Below, piece by piece: positions 1 to 10,611 of a DNA stretch of 64,000 bases. Origin of the DNA: an uncultured candidatus Porisulfidus sp. GTDB lineage: Bacteria; Pseudomonadota; Gammaproteobacteria; Poriferisulfidales; Poriferisulfidaceae. The position numbers were made by a program, and so were the translations under genes. The notes under the pieces are model-generated. The model made no database searches. It worked only from the letters and a program-made list of their open reading frames with translations, and had not been told where the DNA came from. Positions within the stretch are counted from its first letter, which is position 1, and each line of letters begins with the position of its first letter. The stretch lies in the NCBI GenBank assembly GCA_965116025.1, contig OZ220480.1, positions 1,312,001 to 1,376,000 on the forward strand. The letters run 5' to 3'.

Positions 1-509
1 TGAATTGCTGGCCGCTCGCGCTGGAGGGACATCGGAAACGCGTCGTCACGGGCGAGCTTCTCCAAGCGCGTTTCGAGACTAGCCTGGAGACCATAAGTGG
101 GTTTCTCGCCTTTGAGCTCATTGGCTCGGAAGGCGCGTTGACTCGCTTCGTTGTTCCTGTTCCGCTCATTGGCGCGCCAAGTCACCGGGAACGATTTCTT
201 TTGCGCGCTCTCGTCGGGAACGCGGAGCGTTTTCTACGATACCTTTTGATCTTGCTGGATGAAGACCAAGCCGAACTGCGTTTCTCGATCAAGAGCCTCG
301 GTGCTGACGGCACTTCGGATGGGAGCGTTCCCCTGAGCTTGCCGGTTTTGGAGAAAATGCTGAGGACGATGCGCCGGGACCCCGGAAAGCTTGCCGCACT
401 GCACCCGCTCGTGTCGGATTTGGCTGATGCCAATGCGCTCCCGCCCGGTTTCGCGGAACTCTGGGAGAACGTGCATGACGTAGCGCTCGCGGAAGGAATG
501 GGTCGATGA
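1..509 (+). CDS. 3' part of a putative phospholipase D-family defence protein (open beyond window start)
   Basis: Frame open from position 3 (NCWPLALEG...SGFLAFEL...NAERFLRYLLILL...LEKML). Resembles the C-terminus of PLD-domain proteins that precede this helicase type. ATGA overlap with the next gene. The HKD motif is not in the window. Confidence 0.6.
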   Translation, partial: NCWPLALEGHRKRVVTGELLQARFETSLETISGFLAFELIGSEGALTRFVVPVPLIGAPSHRERFLLRALVGNAERFLRYLLILLDEDQAELRFSIKSLGADGTSDGSVPLSLPVLEKMLRTMRRDPGKLAALHPLVSDLADANALPPGFAELWENVHDVALAEGMGR

Positions 510-3500
510 CCGCTCCAGTCGACGTTGGGAAAACGCTGTCAGATCTAAAAGTCTTTCAACGACGAACCGCGCGCTGGGCGTTCAAGCGGATGTTCGCTGA
601 TCGGAATCCCTCTGTTCGATTCTTGATCGCCGACGAGGTTGGGCTTGGCAAGACTCACGTCGCTAAGGGCGTGATCGCGCAAGTGATCGAGCATCTCCGA
701 CAGGCTGGCGATGAACGCCATGACATAGTCTACGTTTGCTCCAACGCGGCGATCGCGCGGCAGAATATTCGAAAGCTCGCTCCTGATGGAATTGAGCCGC
801 TCGATAGCGTGGACCGGCTGACCATGCTCTCCGTGACAGAGTTGCGTGACAGCGATTCGAATCAGGCGGCTATCAACCTGTTGACGATTACGCCCGGGAC
901 ATCCTTGGACTTTGGCCGTAGCACGGGAAAATTTCGAGAGCGCTGCCTGGCGTACGCTTTCTTGAGTGCCCATTGGGGGAGAGGCGTGATGACCGGGCCG
1001 GCTCGATGGATTTTCTGGCATGGCCTTAGATCCGGAGATCCCGATGAACGGTTGCGGCAGGAGGAGCGACAGTTTCGGCCGTTGATCAAGAGGTCGCTTG
1101 AGGATTTCGCCAAGCGGCTTGAGGAAACAGAGCGAGCCCGACGCGCTCAGCGTGAGTCCACCCTGCGCGCCATGTTCGAGCGGCTGGTCGATGAATTGGC
1201 TTGGAAGCGGAAGTTTCCGCATTATCTCCAGGAAGATCGGAAGGAATTGATTGGGGAGATTCGCCGCGTCATGGCGATTATTGGGATTGACGCGCTACGC
1301 CCGGATTTCGTGGTGCTGGATGAGTTTCAGAGATTCAAGGACCTGTTGCGGCCTGAGCCGGAAAACTTCGCCGCTGAGCTGGCCAGCCGGTTATTCAACT
1401 ACAAGGATCCGGCGACTGGACGTTCCACACGGACGCTGTTGCTTTCCGCGACCCCGTATCGGATGTATACCACAGACGATCAGGAAGACGGCGATCATTA
1501 TGAGGACTTCTTCGAAACCTGCTCGTTCTTGCTCCAGGATCCGACGGAAGTTGATCATCTGAAAAGCCGCTTCCATGATTTGCGCTCGGTGCTTCTCGCT
1601 CGTGGATCGATCAGCGACACCAGAAAGATTTGCGCTGATATCGGGGCGCGGTTGCGTGGCGTGATGGCGCGGACGGAGCGGCTGGCCGCTACGCCGGATC
1701 GTTCTGGAATGTTGCGCGAGCTGGGTGCTGAAGTTGCGATCAGGCCAGATGATCTTCGCGCCTATCTGAGATTTGGCGATCTGGCCCAGATGGTGAAACA
1801 TGGCGAGCCTGTTGAATATTGGAAGTCAGGGCCGTATCTCCTCAACTTCATGGAACGGTACAAACTGAAAGAGTCCGTTGTGAAATTGGCCGATGAGGGT
1901 CGATTCGATGGAGGTGATGGATTCGAGCCGGGTCCAGGAATGCTGGACTGGAACGAGATCGAGGAGTATCAGCGCGTCGATCCTCAGAACGGACGGCTCC
2001 GTTGGCTCCTTGACGATCTGGATCGTCATCGTGCGTTCGAATTGCTCTGGATTCCTCCGTCCATCCGGTATTACGATGCCGGGTCGGTGTACGAGTCGGA
2101 GGAAGCGGCCCGTTTCACGAAGCGATTGATCTTTTCTGGGTGGGCGGTTGTCCCGAAGGTAATCTCCTCGCTGGTTAGTTTCGAGGCCGAGCGTCGCGTT
2201 TTCGCCGCGCGCGAGCACGAGTATACGGCGGATTACCGACAGCGGGGTGGCCAGCGTCTCACTTTTCGGACCAGTGAGCGTGCGGCGGACGAAATCAGCC
2301 CAGGAGAGATAGCCGCGGGCCGCCGGGCGGCGGCGATGACTTCGTTTCTTCTCATTTGGCCGAGTCCAAGCCTCGCGGAACTCGGCAATCCTAGACCTCT
2401 GGTCTGGCAGGAGCGGCGCTTGGCTTCTGATGTACTCAAGAGCGTCGAGGATACAGTGAGAGAAGCTATCGAACCATTGATTCGGCTAGCGCCAAGCGTT
2501 GGAAAGGCGGACCAACGATGGTATTGGGCCGCGCCCTTGCTTCTGGATCACCGGCATCACCGGTCCGCGCTTGATTTCCTGCTTCATTCAGATATCGAAA
2601 TTCTTTGGGACGAGCAAGCGGGAAGCGGGTTTCGTGCGCACCTTGCCGAGGCGAAGGATAGGGCGCGGCGCGGTTCGGAAGGTCTCGGCCGGCCCCCCGA
2701 CGATCTCGCGAAAGTTCTCGCCGAGCTCGCGGTCGGTGGGCCAGCGCAATGCGCGTTGCGGACGCTCAGCTCGGTATCTGGGTTGTCCATTTCCGACGAT
2801 TGCGTAGTGAAGGGCGCGACATGGGTTAGTGCCGCGTTTCGGAGTTTTTTCAACGCTCCAGAGGTCACGGCTGTGATCGTTGGGGCGGAGGAAGGGGAGT
2901 CACGTTCCAGCGAACGAGTGGGCAGCTACTGGCGCGACGTTCTCCGACATTCGATCAGCGGAAACCTCCAAGCCGTTCTTGATGAGCATGCGCATGTGCT
3001 TCGCGATTGGTTAGGCTACTTGAATTTCATCGACAAAAAACACCGCGAGAAAGCAGTTGAAAACATCGCCGGGTATGTTTGGGATGCGTTGGAAATGCGG
3101 ACTTCCTCGTTTCAGGTGGATATCCCGGTTCGACGAAAGAATGACGATGGCGTGGGTTTTCGGGAGCGACGGATGCGCACCAGATTCGCGGTCGCTTTCG
3201 GCGATCAGTCTCTTGACGATGGTGGTGAAGCTCGGGTCGAGGCCGTCTCCACGGCGTTCAATTCCCCGTTTTGGCCCTTCGTGCTCATATCCACCTCAAT
3301 CGGACAAGAGGGATTGGACTTTCACCTTTGGTGCCACGCCGTCGTGCATTGGAACTTGCCCTCCAATCCGGTCGACTTGGAGCAACGCGAGGGGCGAGTC
3401 CACAGGTACAAGGGACACGCCGTTCGGCGGAATATCGCCGCGACGTTTGGGTCGGAGCTACGCGCCTGCTCGAATGGCAGGGATCCGTGGAGCGAGTTGT

Positions 3501-3769
3501 TCGCCATGGCCGCGTCCCAAGCATCCTCGACCGACGGCGAGATGGTTCCGTATTGGGTGTTCCATCAGGGGCCAGCGAGGATTGAGCGGCATGTGCCGGT
3601 GATGCCTTTCAGCAGAGAGGCGGTGACTCTGCCGCGCCTCCGCAAGGCGCTCGCGGCCTATCGCCTCGCGTTCGGGCAACCCCGCCAGGAAGAACTGGTC
3701 GAGTTTCTCGGAGCGGACCGTTCGGGCGAGGATTTGCTGGGGCTTCGTATCGATTTGTCTCCGCCGTAG
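506..3769 (+). CDS. SF2 helicase of a defence cluster (DUF6361/PLD/helicase, Azaca-like)
   Basis: 1087 aa; Walker A ADEVGLGKT, DEFQ, LLLSATP, C-terminal TSIGQEGLDFH and NPVDLEQREGRVHRY motifs. Confidence 0.8.
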   Translation: MTAPVDVGKTLSDLKVFQRRTARWAFKRMFADRNPSVRFLIADEVGLGKTHVAKGVIAQVIEHLRQAGDERHDIVYVCSNAAIARQNIRKLAPDGIEPLDSVDRLTMLSVTELRDSDSNQAAINLLTITPGTSLDFGRSTGKFRERCLAYAFLSAHWGRGVMTGPARWIFWHGLRSGDPDERLRQEERQFRPLIKRSLEDFAKRLEETERARRAQRESTLRAMFERLVDELAWKRKFPHYLQEDRKELIGEIRRVMAIIGIDALRPDFVVLDEFQRFKDLLRPEPENFAAELASRLFNYKDPATGRSTRTLLLSATPYRMYTTDDQEDGDHYEDFFETCSFLLQDPTEVDHLKSRFHDLRSVLLARGSISDTRKICADIGARLRGVMARTERLAATPDRSGMLRELGAEVAIRPDDLRAYLRFGDLAQMVKHGEPVEYWKSGPYLLNFMERYKLKESVVKLADEGRFDGGDGFEPGPGMLDWNEIEEYQRVDPQNGRLRWLLDDLDRHRAFELLWIPPSIRYYDAGSVYESEEAARFTKRLIFSGWAVVPKVISSLVSFEAERRVFAAREHEYTADYRQRGGQRLTFRTSERAADEISPGEIAAGRRAAAMTSFLLIWPSPSLAELGNPRPLVWQERRLASDVLKSVEDTVREAIEPLIRLAPSVGKADQRWYWAAPLLLDHRHHRSALDFLLHSDIEILWDEQAGSGFRAHLAEAKDRARRGSEGLGRPPDDLAKVLAELAVGGPAQCALRTLSSVSGLSISDDCVVKGATWVSAAFRSFFNAPEVTAVIVGAEEGESRSSERVGSYWRDVLRHSISGNLQAVLDEHAHVLRDWLGYLNFIDKKHREKAVENIAGYVWDALEMRTSSFQVDIPVRRKNDDGVGFRERRMRTRFAVAFGDQSLDDGGEARVEAVSTAFNSPFWPFVLISTSIGQEGLDFHLWCHAVVHWNLPSNPVDLEQREGRVHRYKGHAVRRNIAATFGSELRACSNGRDPWSELFAMAASQASSTDGEMVPYWVFHQGPARIERHVPVMPFSREAVTLPRLRKALAAYRLAFGQPRQEELVEFLGADRSGEDLLGLRIDLSPP

Positions 3770-3849
3770 CCGCGAGCGTGGTCTCGTGGGCGCAGGTGTC
3801 CCGTGACCCGGATTCCATCGGATGGATATCGTCCCGCCCACGCCACTCT

Positions 3850-6800
3850 TCAACTTCTCGTCCGTCTCGATGATGTCGAGTTTCGGTCTGGCTCGAAAAC
3901 GAGTTCGGGCAGAACCGTTTCCCAAGCATCACACTTTATGTTGTTGTGGTATTTCGGGTCCGATGCCTCGCGGCTCCGGGTCACCACAGCGAAGACACGC
4001 GCCGATTCGCACCTCGTCCTGGGGGGAGGCGTGAATGACTTGGCGAGGCGCCCCACGGTTTGGCCGGCTTGATTCCGCAACATCCAGCTTCCGTTTTGCC
4101 CGACCCGCACGTTCAGAGGGACATCGACTGACAACGCGGCGATCACGTCATGCACTGGATCGTTAGCGCTTCGCCGTCCGGCGAATCCTAGGTCGACATC
4201 CTGAAGATCTAGTCGAACGTGACGGCGCTCAATGGCTTTGGAGCATGGCGGAAGTTTGGTGGCGTTTCGTCGAATTGTCGCGGCATGGCTGGCCAGCTCG
4301 GCCGGAAAGCTTCGGGAATCTTTGAGGTGCGCCAGCGTGAGCGTCTTCCGCGCTCGCGTCATCGCCACATAGTACAGCCGGCGTGGCGCGTCGGGGTCCT
4401 CGTCACGATTCGAGTGGTCCCAGCTACCGTCCAGCACGACCACATGATCGAATTCCAGCCCCTTGGCCCGATGCGCAGTGAGCAGTAGCAAGCCTTGTTG
4501 GCGACGGCGCATATCTTGACCCCATTCGGCCAGCCATTCGATGAAATGACTTACGGGAGTCTCTCCGTCACCGATTTCCAACGCATGCTCTTCCACGGCT
4601 TGGCGCAACAGATCATGCCAGGGGTTGGACTTCCGTCCGTTCACCCACTTCCGCAAGGACGCACCGTCGACGATTCGCGGTTCTCGTTCGCGTAGCCATT
4701 GGAGGAGCACTTGGGTTTCCCGCAGGCTCCAGAATCCCGGAATTCCTTCGTTCGCCATCTGCGCCGGGATGCTGTGCGCCTCACAGAACGCGCGCACCGG
4801 AACCAGATACTTCCACGTGCGCGCGATCACCGCGCACCGCGACCAGTCCCAATCCCGCGTCAGTTTGGAGAGACGAAGAAGCTCGGCCATGATGGCCCGC
4901 GCTTGGTAGATCGGATCTTCGCCGGCTGGCAGAATCTGAACCTTTCCGCACGAGATTGGGTCCAGCGTCGTCCATTCTCCTCCTGGCGGCTCTTTCTTTC
5001 TCGCGCGGTCGATGTGGATTGGATGCTCCGCCTTCATTCGGTTCCGCGCGGGCTTGATCATCGCGTTGGCCGCGGTCACGATGTTATCCGTTGAACGGTA
5101 GTTGGCGGTCAGATAGACAGGCTTCGGTCCGTAATCGGCCTCGAAACGTCGGATGAATTCCACCGACGCGCCACTGAAAGCGTAGATGTTTTGGTCGTCG
5201 TCGCCGACGGCGAATAGAGTGAGTTTGCCTGACTCGTCTTCCAGCGTCCGGCCCGCGAGAGCCGATATCAGTTCGTACTGCTCTGGGCCAACATCTTGGT
5301 ATTCGTCCACGAGTATCCATCGAAATCCCGCGAGCAGGCGTCCGCGACGCTCGTCCGCTTCTTCTGGTGACAATTTCTCTCCGCGGAGTAACGCGACCGC
5401 GCGGCGCATCACGTTCCGGAACGCCTCCTCATCCGGTCGCTCCGACTGGCCAGCGAAACTCGCGCCCGCCAAGCGCATGGCGAGCGCGTGGCAGGTGAGC
5501 ACCGTCACGCCGCGCGCATCGCTGCCGATCAAATCTCCAAGTCGGCGGCGGATATCGACGGCGGCATGGCGATTGTAAGCGAGGGCGAGAATGCCGCGAG
5601 CGTTTTCTCTCCTGGCTCGGATTAGCCAAGCGATGCGGTGCACCAGCACGCGCGTTTTTCCAGAGCCGGGGCCCGCGAGCACCAGCACGTTGATTCGTTC
5701 TCGCTCATCGGCCACGATGCGTTGCTGAATCGGATTCCGCAGATTCTCGACGATATCCCGCCAGGACGCGGGCGTTGTCTGCCGACCGATTTCCCGATCC
5801 CGACCTGGCAACCAGCGAGCGAGAAACTCGTCTTCCTTGAGAGCGAAATAGTCCATCGCCAGACGTAGCGCGTCGCTCATGGCGGCGAGGCCGCGCTCGG
5901 CGAACTCCACCATGACGTGGATCTGTAGCACTTGGCCCTTGTAGTGAAGGGCGAGGGGTTTGAAGTCCGCATTGGAATAACCACGCTTGTCCCGGCGCTC
6001 CAGCCTAATCGTCATCGCCGGACGGAATACCGCGAGGCCTTTGTTGAGGCGGATGACCTCTTGCTCGTGGAGCCACAGCAGGGCGCGATCAAGCAATTTC
6101 TCTGGGTATCGGACCATGCTTTTGAGGGTCAGGTCAGCTGTGATCGTTCGCAGGAGGTTCCCGATCGTGGTTTCGGCCAGCAAATCGGTTCCACGGCTTT
6201 TTGGCGGCAGACAATCCAGCAGATGGTCCAGCAAACGACTGGCCGCGTCGCGGCGCAGGCTAGCGATCTTGTCCAGCGCGCTCCATTCGCGATTCAGCGT
6301 GACCCACGCGGTCTCCGCGTCCCGCTTGCGGACCGTCAGGCTACCCGCTGTTCCATCCTCTCCGCGTCCGTCATAAGCGATGCTCCGGATAATGCGAAGC
6401 AGCCGTTCTGGAAGGGGGTCGACCAAACCTTGGTCCCGTAGAGTTTGAGCGGCGATTCGTAGATGAATGGATGACCCGTTCCCCTTGTCTAAGTCGGGAG
6501 CGGCCTCCCGCATATGGGCGATAAGGGCGGTCTCCAGTTCGCTCGCCTCCGCGAGACGCTTTCGCGATGAGCGTTCCACTCCGTCATGGACGAACGCGGT
6601 CAACGCCGTATCGTTGCTTGCGATGCTGAGACGTTCCAGATCGTACAGGGCGGCGCGCACGGCTTCGGGGCTTAATCCCGATACCTCCATCAGCTCGTCC
6701 GTGCTCACGCCTTCGTCAGCTTTCGCGTTGATCAGAGCGTCCGCGATGCGCAATAACTTCCCGCGGGAAGAATCCGTGAGCTTGGCTTTGGCGAGCCGTC

Positions 6801-9012
6801 GCTCGGCCTCATCTATAGAGCTCACCAGCAATGAGGACGGAAACACCTGCACGACATTCTCCTCTCTGGAGAGAAGCTGGGAATCTTCCAGCCACGAGAC
6901 GGCGGTGCGCACCCGTGTGTCATCCGTCGCGGAATCGCGCTCGAAGGCTTTTTCCTCGTCCTCACCGAGGATTTCCCCCGCGGTCGCCACCACCTCGCCC
7001 CCGAAACGTTTTTTGCGGTCGAGGTTGCGCAAGGCTCTCAAGATTCCATGAATCTCCTGGCGGGTGAGGCGTGATCGCGCAGACATGCCGAACTGGCGCT
7101 CGACATCGTCCCTCTCATAGAGAAGAACGCAATGCGCCAAGTCGCGATCACGTCCGGCGCGCCCGGCTTCCTGCAAATAATTTTCCAGAGAGCCGGGTAT
7201 GTCGGCGTGGATTACCAGCCGTACGTCCGGCTTGTCGATTCCCATGCCGAAGGCGTTGGTGGCCGCGATGACGCGCAGATCGCCATCAATGAAACTCCTT
7301 TGCACGTCTTTCTTGGTCTCAGGAGTAAGGCCCGCGTGGTATCGATCCGCGGCAACCTTCCTCATCTGGAGATATTCCGCTATTTCCTCGCTTCCCTGTC
7401 GCGTCGCGCAGTAGATAATCACGCCGCCAGACTTGTCAGATGGCAGATGGGAGGTCAGGACCTGCAAGATATCCGAGAATTTTTCCGCGCCCGTAGTCGG
7501 GATCACCTCGAAAACGAGATTCGCGCGCTCGGTTCCGCCGTTGAACACGGTCATCTCAATGCCGAGACTATCCCGAAAATGCCGGACGACATCTTCGATG
7601 ACATCGGGCTTCGCGGTCGCGGTCAGGCACAAGATCGGGGGCATGGGACCGTCTCCCGTCCTCTCGCGGATAAAGCGCCCGATATAGCGATAGTCAGGCC
7701 GAAAATCGTGCCCCCAGCGCGACAGGCAATGCGCCTCGTCCAACACCCAGGTTCCGATTTCGCGCTGGCTCAGCGCCCGCTTCAGAGAGCGGGAGCGCAA
7801 TTGCTCCGGAGAGATCAGCAGGATGCCAGCGTCTCCCATCCGGACTCGGTCCAAGGCGTTCGAGCGCTCCGGCATGGATAGCAACCCGTTGACCGTTACG
7901 CAACAGTTGACGCCGCGTCGCTCCAGTCCCGCCACTTGGTCCGCCATCAGCGCGACCAGTGGCGATATCACGACCGTCAGCGCTCCGGTTTTATCGTAGC
8001 GTGAAAGCGCGGGAATCTGGTAGCAAAGCGATTTTCCGGTGCCGGTGGGAAGAATCCCGAACGCGTGGCGTCCCGCCATCGTCTCCTCAACGATGGCCTG
8101 CTGCATGGATTTGCCACCCTCGCATGCTGGCTCGGGGCGAAAGCTGTCATAACCGAACCAGCGTTTCAGCTCTTTGCCCGCGTCATGCCGCTTTCGGCAC
8201 CAGCCGCATGCCGGGTCGCAGCAAGCGATGTCCCTGAGGCGACGTACCAGATTCCCGGCCTCTGGAAACTGATGGCGAACCCAAGGCGGCATGACGGAAT
8301 TTCCGCCCGCTACCGATAGCCACGCCAGCGCATAAGCCAGCGCCCAGTTGAATTTCGCCGCGTCCTCCACGATGTCGCGCGTCTGGGGCGCGCAGGCTGA
8401 TCGCTCAAGTATCCTTCTGATCGTCGCGATGGCTTCCGCTTCCGACGGTCGATCAGCTTGCCGAATCTCTCGGAAGAACTCGTCCAGAGCGAGGTCGATG
8501 CCCATGCGCTCTGGAGTGCACAACCAATGCCACGCGGCGAGCAAGTCCGACGGAGCTCTCGCCAAAGCTTCTCGTTCATCATTGAAGAGTTTCAGAGCTA
8601 TGCCGGAATCGAGTTCAGGGTCATTCACCTGGCTACGCTTGAGTCCTCCGTCTTGGTAATGCTTGACGAGACTGTGATAGGGATTGCGAGGAAAGGCAAG
8701 CGGGCTTAGACGAAGCGTATCCACCACTGGCAGTTTCAGCAACCGGAGGTCTGGATTCGCGGCCACCAAGTGGGGCAGGTCGAACTTGATCAGGTTGTGT
8801 CCCAGCAAGAAGGCCGCGCCTTTGGCAAAGTCGTCAAGGCGTGCCAAGGCGGAGGATAATCCGCTACCGGAATGCGTCAGACTACGGTCAGTGTCTGGAC
8901 GTACCGCCCCGAAGGCATGAATGCGTTTGTTCTTGCCGACTTCAAGGTCGAGAGAAACGCAATACGGCTGGAAGGAGAGCCCAGCCCATGGGCTGGCTGT
9001 TCCGTTTTTCAT
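3850..9012 (-). CDS. DEDD exonuclease-like / RecQ helicase / UvrD helicase fusion
   Basis: N-terminal LDLEV..GHNLIKFDL..DTL; RecQ motifs LPTGTGKS, DEAH, ATNAFGMGIDKPDVR, QEAGRAGRD; UvrD motifs AGPGSGKT, VDEYQD, VGDDDQ, NYRS, HRAKGLEF, YVAMTRA. Start is ATG 9012 or TTG 9036. Confidence 0.9.
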   Translation of the reverse strand: MKNGTASPWAGLSFQPYCVSLDLEVGKNKRIHAFGAVRPDTDRSLTHSGSGLSSALARLDDFAKGAAFLLGHNLIKFDLPHLVAANPDLRLLKLPVVDTLRLSPLAFPRNPYHSLVKHYQDGGLKRSQVNDPELDSGIALKLFNDEREALARAPSDLLAAWHWLCTPERMGIDLALDEFFREIRQADRPSEAEAIATIRRILERSACAPQTRDIVEDAAKFNWALAYALAWLSVAGGNSVMPPWVRHQFPEAGNLVRRLRDIACCDPACGWCRKRHDAGKELKRWFGYDSFRPEPACEGGKSMQQAIVEETMAGRHAFGILPTGTGKSLCYQIPALSRYDKTGALTVVISPLVALMADQVAGLERRGVNCCVTVNGLLSMPERSNALDRVRMGDAGILLISPEQLRSRSLKRALSQREIGTWVLDEAHCLSRWGHDFRPDYRYIGRFIRERTGDGPMPPILCLTATAKPDVIEDVVRHFRDSLGIEMTVFNGGTERANLVFEVIPTTGAEKFSDILQVLTSHLPSDKSGGVIIYCATRQGSEEIAEYLQMRKVAADRYHAGLTPETKKDVQRSFIDGDLRVIAATNAFGMGIDKPDVRLVIHADIPGSLENYLQEAGRAGRDRDLAHCVLLYERDDVERQFGMSARSRLTRQEIHGILRALRNLDRKKRFGGEVVATAGEILGEDEEKAFERDSATDDTRVRTAVSWLEDSQLLSREENVVQVFPSSLLVSSIDEAERRLAKAKLTDSSRGKLLRIADALINAKADEGVSTDELMEVSGLSPEAVRAALYDLERLSIASNDTALTAFVHDGVERSSRKRLAEASELETALIAHMREAAPDLDKGNGSSIHLRIAAQTLRDQGLVDPLPERLLRIIRSIAYDGRGEDGTAGSLTVRKRDAETAWVTLNREWSALDKIASLRRDAASRLLDHLLDCLPPKSRGTDLLAETTIGNLLRTITADLTLKSMVRYPEKLLDRALLWLHEQEVIRLNKGLAVFRPAMTIRLERRDKRGYSNADFKPLALHYKGQVLQIHVMVEFAERGLAAMSDALRLAMDYFALKEDEFLARWLPGRDREIGRQTTPASWRDIVENLRNPIQQRIVADERERINVLVLAGPGSGKTRVLVHRIAWLIRARRENARGILALAYNRHAAVDIRRRLGDLIGSDARGVTVLTCHALAMRLAGASFAGQSERPDEEAFRNVMRRAVALLRGEKLSPEEADERRGRLLAGFRWILVDEYQDVGPEQYELISALAGRTLEDESGKLTLFAVGDDDQNIYAFSGASVEFIRRFEADYGPKPVYLTANYRSTDNIVTAANAMIKPARNRMKAEHPIHIDRARKKEPPGGEWTTLDPISCGKVQILPAGEDPIYQARAIMAELLRLSKLTRDWDWSRCAVIARTWKYLVPVRAFCEAHSIPAQMANEGIPGFWSLRETQVLLQWLREREPRIVDGASLRKWVNGRKSNPWHDLLRQAVEEHALEIGDGETPVSHFIEWLAEWGQDMRRRQQGLLLLTAHRAKGLEFDHVVVLDGSWDHSNRDEDPDAPRRLYYVAMTRARKTLTLAHLKDSRSFPAELASHAATIRRNATKLPPCSKAIERRHVRLDLQDVDLGFAGRRSANDPVHDVIAALSVDVPLNVRVGQNGSWMLRNQAGQTVGRLAKSFTPPPRTRCESARVFAVVTRSREASDPKYHNNIKCDAWETVLPELVFEPDRNSTSSRRTRS

Positions 9013-9408
9013 GCCACGTCCGGATTTGGCTTTCAATGTTTCAATGTTGAATTCGCGCAGAGTCCATTTCTATTATCCTCAATCACCGATTAGCTTTCCA
9101 TGGCAGTGCTGGGTCGCATTCATGGTCACTATTTTCCGGGAAATAATTTTGCAGGTTAATCCTTCGCTGGCATCATGCTTCCTTGAATGCAGATGGGCAC
9201 AGAATTCGGAATGAGCGAGGGAATTTGTGCAGAGAGAATGTTGTTCGTTGCTATTGCTGGTAGTGATGCAACTGTTGGTTAACATTTTGGCAGTCCAGAG
9301 CAGCAGCCCAGTTTCAACTTTCAAGTGCAACACTCCGAAGAATGGCGGTGGAGGCGATGAGTCGCGGTAAGGTCTCGTTGTCATCAACCGCCCCCGAGAG
9401 AGGCGCTT

Positions 9409-10407
9409 ATGAGAAGTTACACGCAACTCACCGAGACCCAACGTTACCAGATCGAGGCGCTGCGGGGCCTCGACATGAGCCAAGCGGAGGTGGCGCGAAG
9501 GGTCGGCGTCGACCGCGGCGCGGCGTGCCGCGAACTGAAGCGGAACGCCGACGCTCGGAGCGGACGATACCGGGCTGAGCTGGCGTGCCGAAAGGCGAAA
9601 GAGCGCCGCCAGAAGCGGGCTCGGCGGCGGGTCTCGCCGGCGGTGTGGAGGCGGGTCAAGAAGCTGCTGAAGCAGGGCTGGAGCCCGCAGCGGATCAGCG
9701 CGTGGCTGGACAAGGAGGGCTTGGGGAAGGTGAGCCACGAGCTCATCTACCGCTGGGTATGGGCGGATCGGCGGCGGGGCGGCGACCTGTATCTGCGCTT
9801 GCGGCAAGGCCACCGCCGACGCCGGCGGTATGGGCGCGGGAAGGGCCGGTCGCGCATTCCGGGGCGGGTGCCGATCCAGGAGCGTCCGGAGGTGGTGGAG
9901 ACGCGCTCGCGGCTGGGAGACTGGGAAGCGGACACGGTGATCGGACGGCGTGGCGGCGGGGTTCTGGCGTCGCTGCTCGAGCGCAAGTCGCGGCTGGCGC
10001 GTTTCAAGCGGTTGCCCCGGCGCACGGCGCGCGCGGTGGCGGACGCGATCATCGGCATGCTGGCGCCGTTGAGGGACCGGGTTCTGACCGTGACCTCGGA
10101 CAATGGAACCGAGTTCATGGATCACCGGCGGGTGGCGCGCCGCTTGGGAGCGAGGTTTTACTTCGCGGATCCGTATTCCTCTTGGCAGCGCGGGAGCGAC
10201 GAGAACGCGAACGGGCTGATCCGGCAGTATTTCCCGAAATCGCGGCGGTTCGACACGATCTCGGAGGAGGAGGCACGGGCGGTGGAGGACCGCCTGAACG
10301 ACCGGCCTCGGCTCTGCTTGGGATGGCGCACGCCGAACGAGGCGTTTTTCGGAGCGGATTCGGAGGTGGTTCGGGCCTGGCGAGAGGAGATGTCCCGGCT
10401 TTTGTAA
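9409..10407 (+). CDS. IS30-family DDE transposase
   Basis: N-terminal HTH (YTQLT..RYQI..RELKRN), GDWEADTV, TVTSDNGTEF, YSSWQRGSDENANGLIRQYFPK, LNDRPR. Confidence 0.97.
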   Translation: MRSYTQLTETQRYQIEALRGLDMSQAEVARRVGVDRGAACRELKRNADARSGRYRAELACRKAKERRQKRARRRVSPAVWRRVKKLLKQGWSPQRISAWLDKEGLGKVSHELIYRWVWADRRRGGDLYLRLRQGHRRRRRYGRGKGRSRIPGRVPIQERPEVVETRSRLGDWEADTVIGRRGGGVLASLLERKSRLARFKRLPRRTARAVADAIIGMLAPLRDRVLTVTSDNGTEFMDHRRVARRLGARFYFADPYSSWQRGSDENANGLIRQYFPKSRRFDTISEEEARAVEDRLNDRPRLCLGWRTPNEAFFGADSEVVRAWREEMSRLL

Positions 10408-10440
10408 ATCCGAGGGGGCAGGTCGGCGCGGCGCTGATTC

Positions 10441-10468
10441 GTCCGGGGAAGGCCGGCCTTCCCCGGAC
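10441..10468. repeat. Perfect 28-bp palindrome inside the IS, downstream of the transposase
   Basis: GTCCGGGGAAGGCC|GGCCTTCCCCGGAC. Confidence 0.85.
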
Positions 10469-10611
10469 GGAACGCGGCCGACTGTCGCCAGCTTCCCCCG
10501 ACCCTCTTCACCATCCTGCCGTTCTTCCCGTCCGGCGACCGACCCTCGCCGCCTTCCCTCGATCTTTTTCGTCATCCTGCCGCTCTCCACCGGGTTACAA
10601 TGCTGTTGCAC

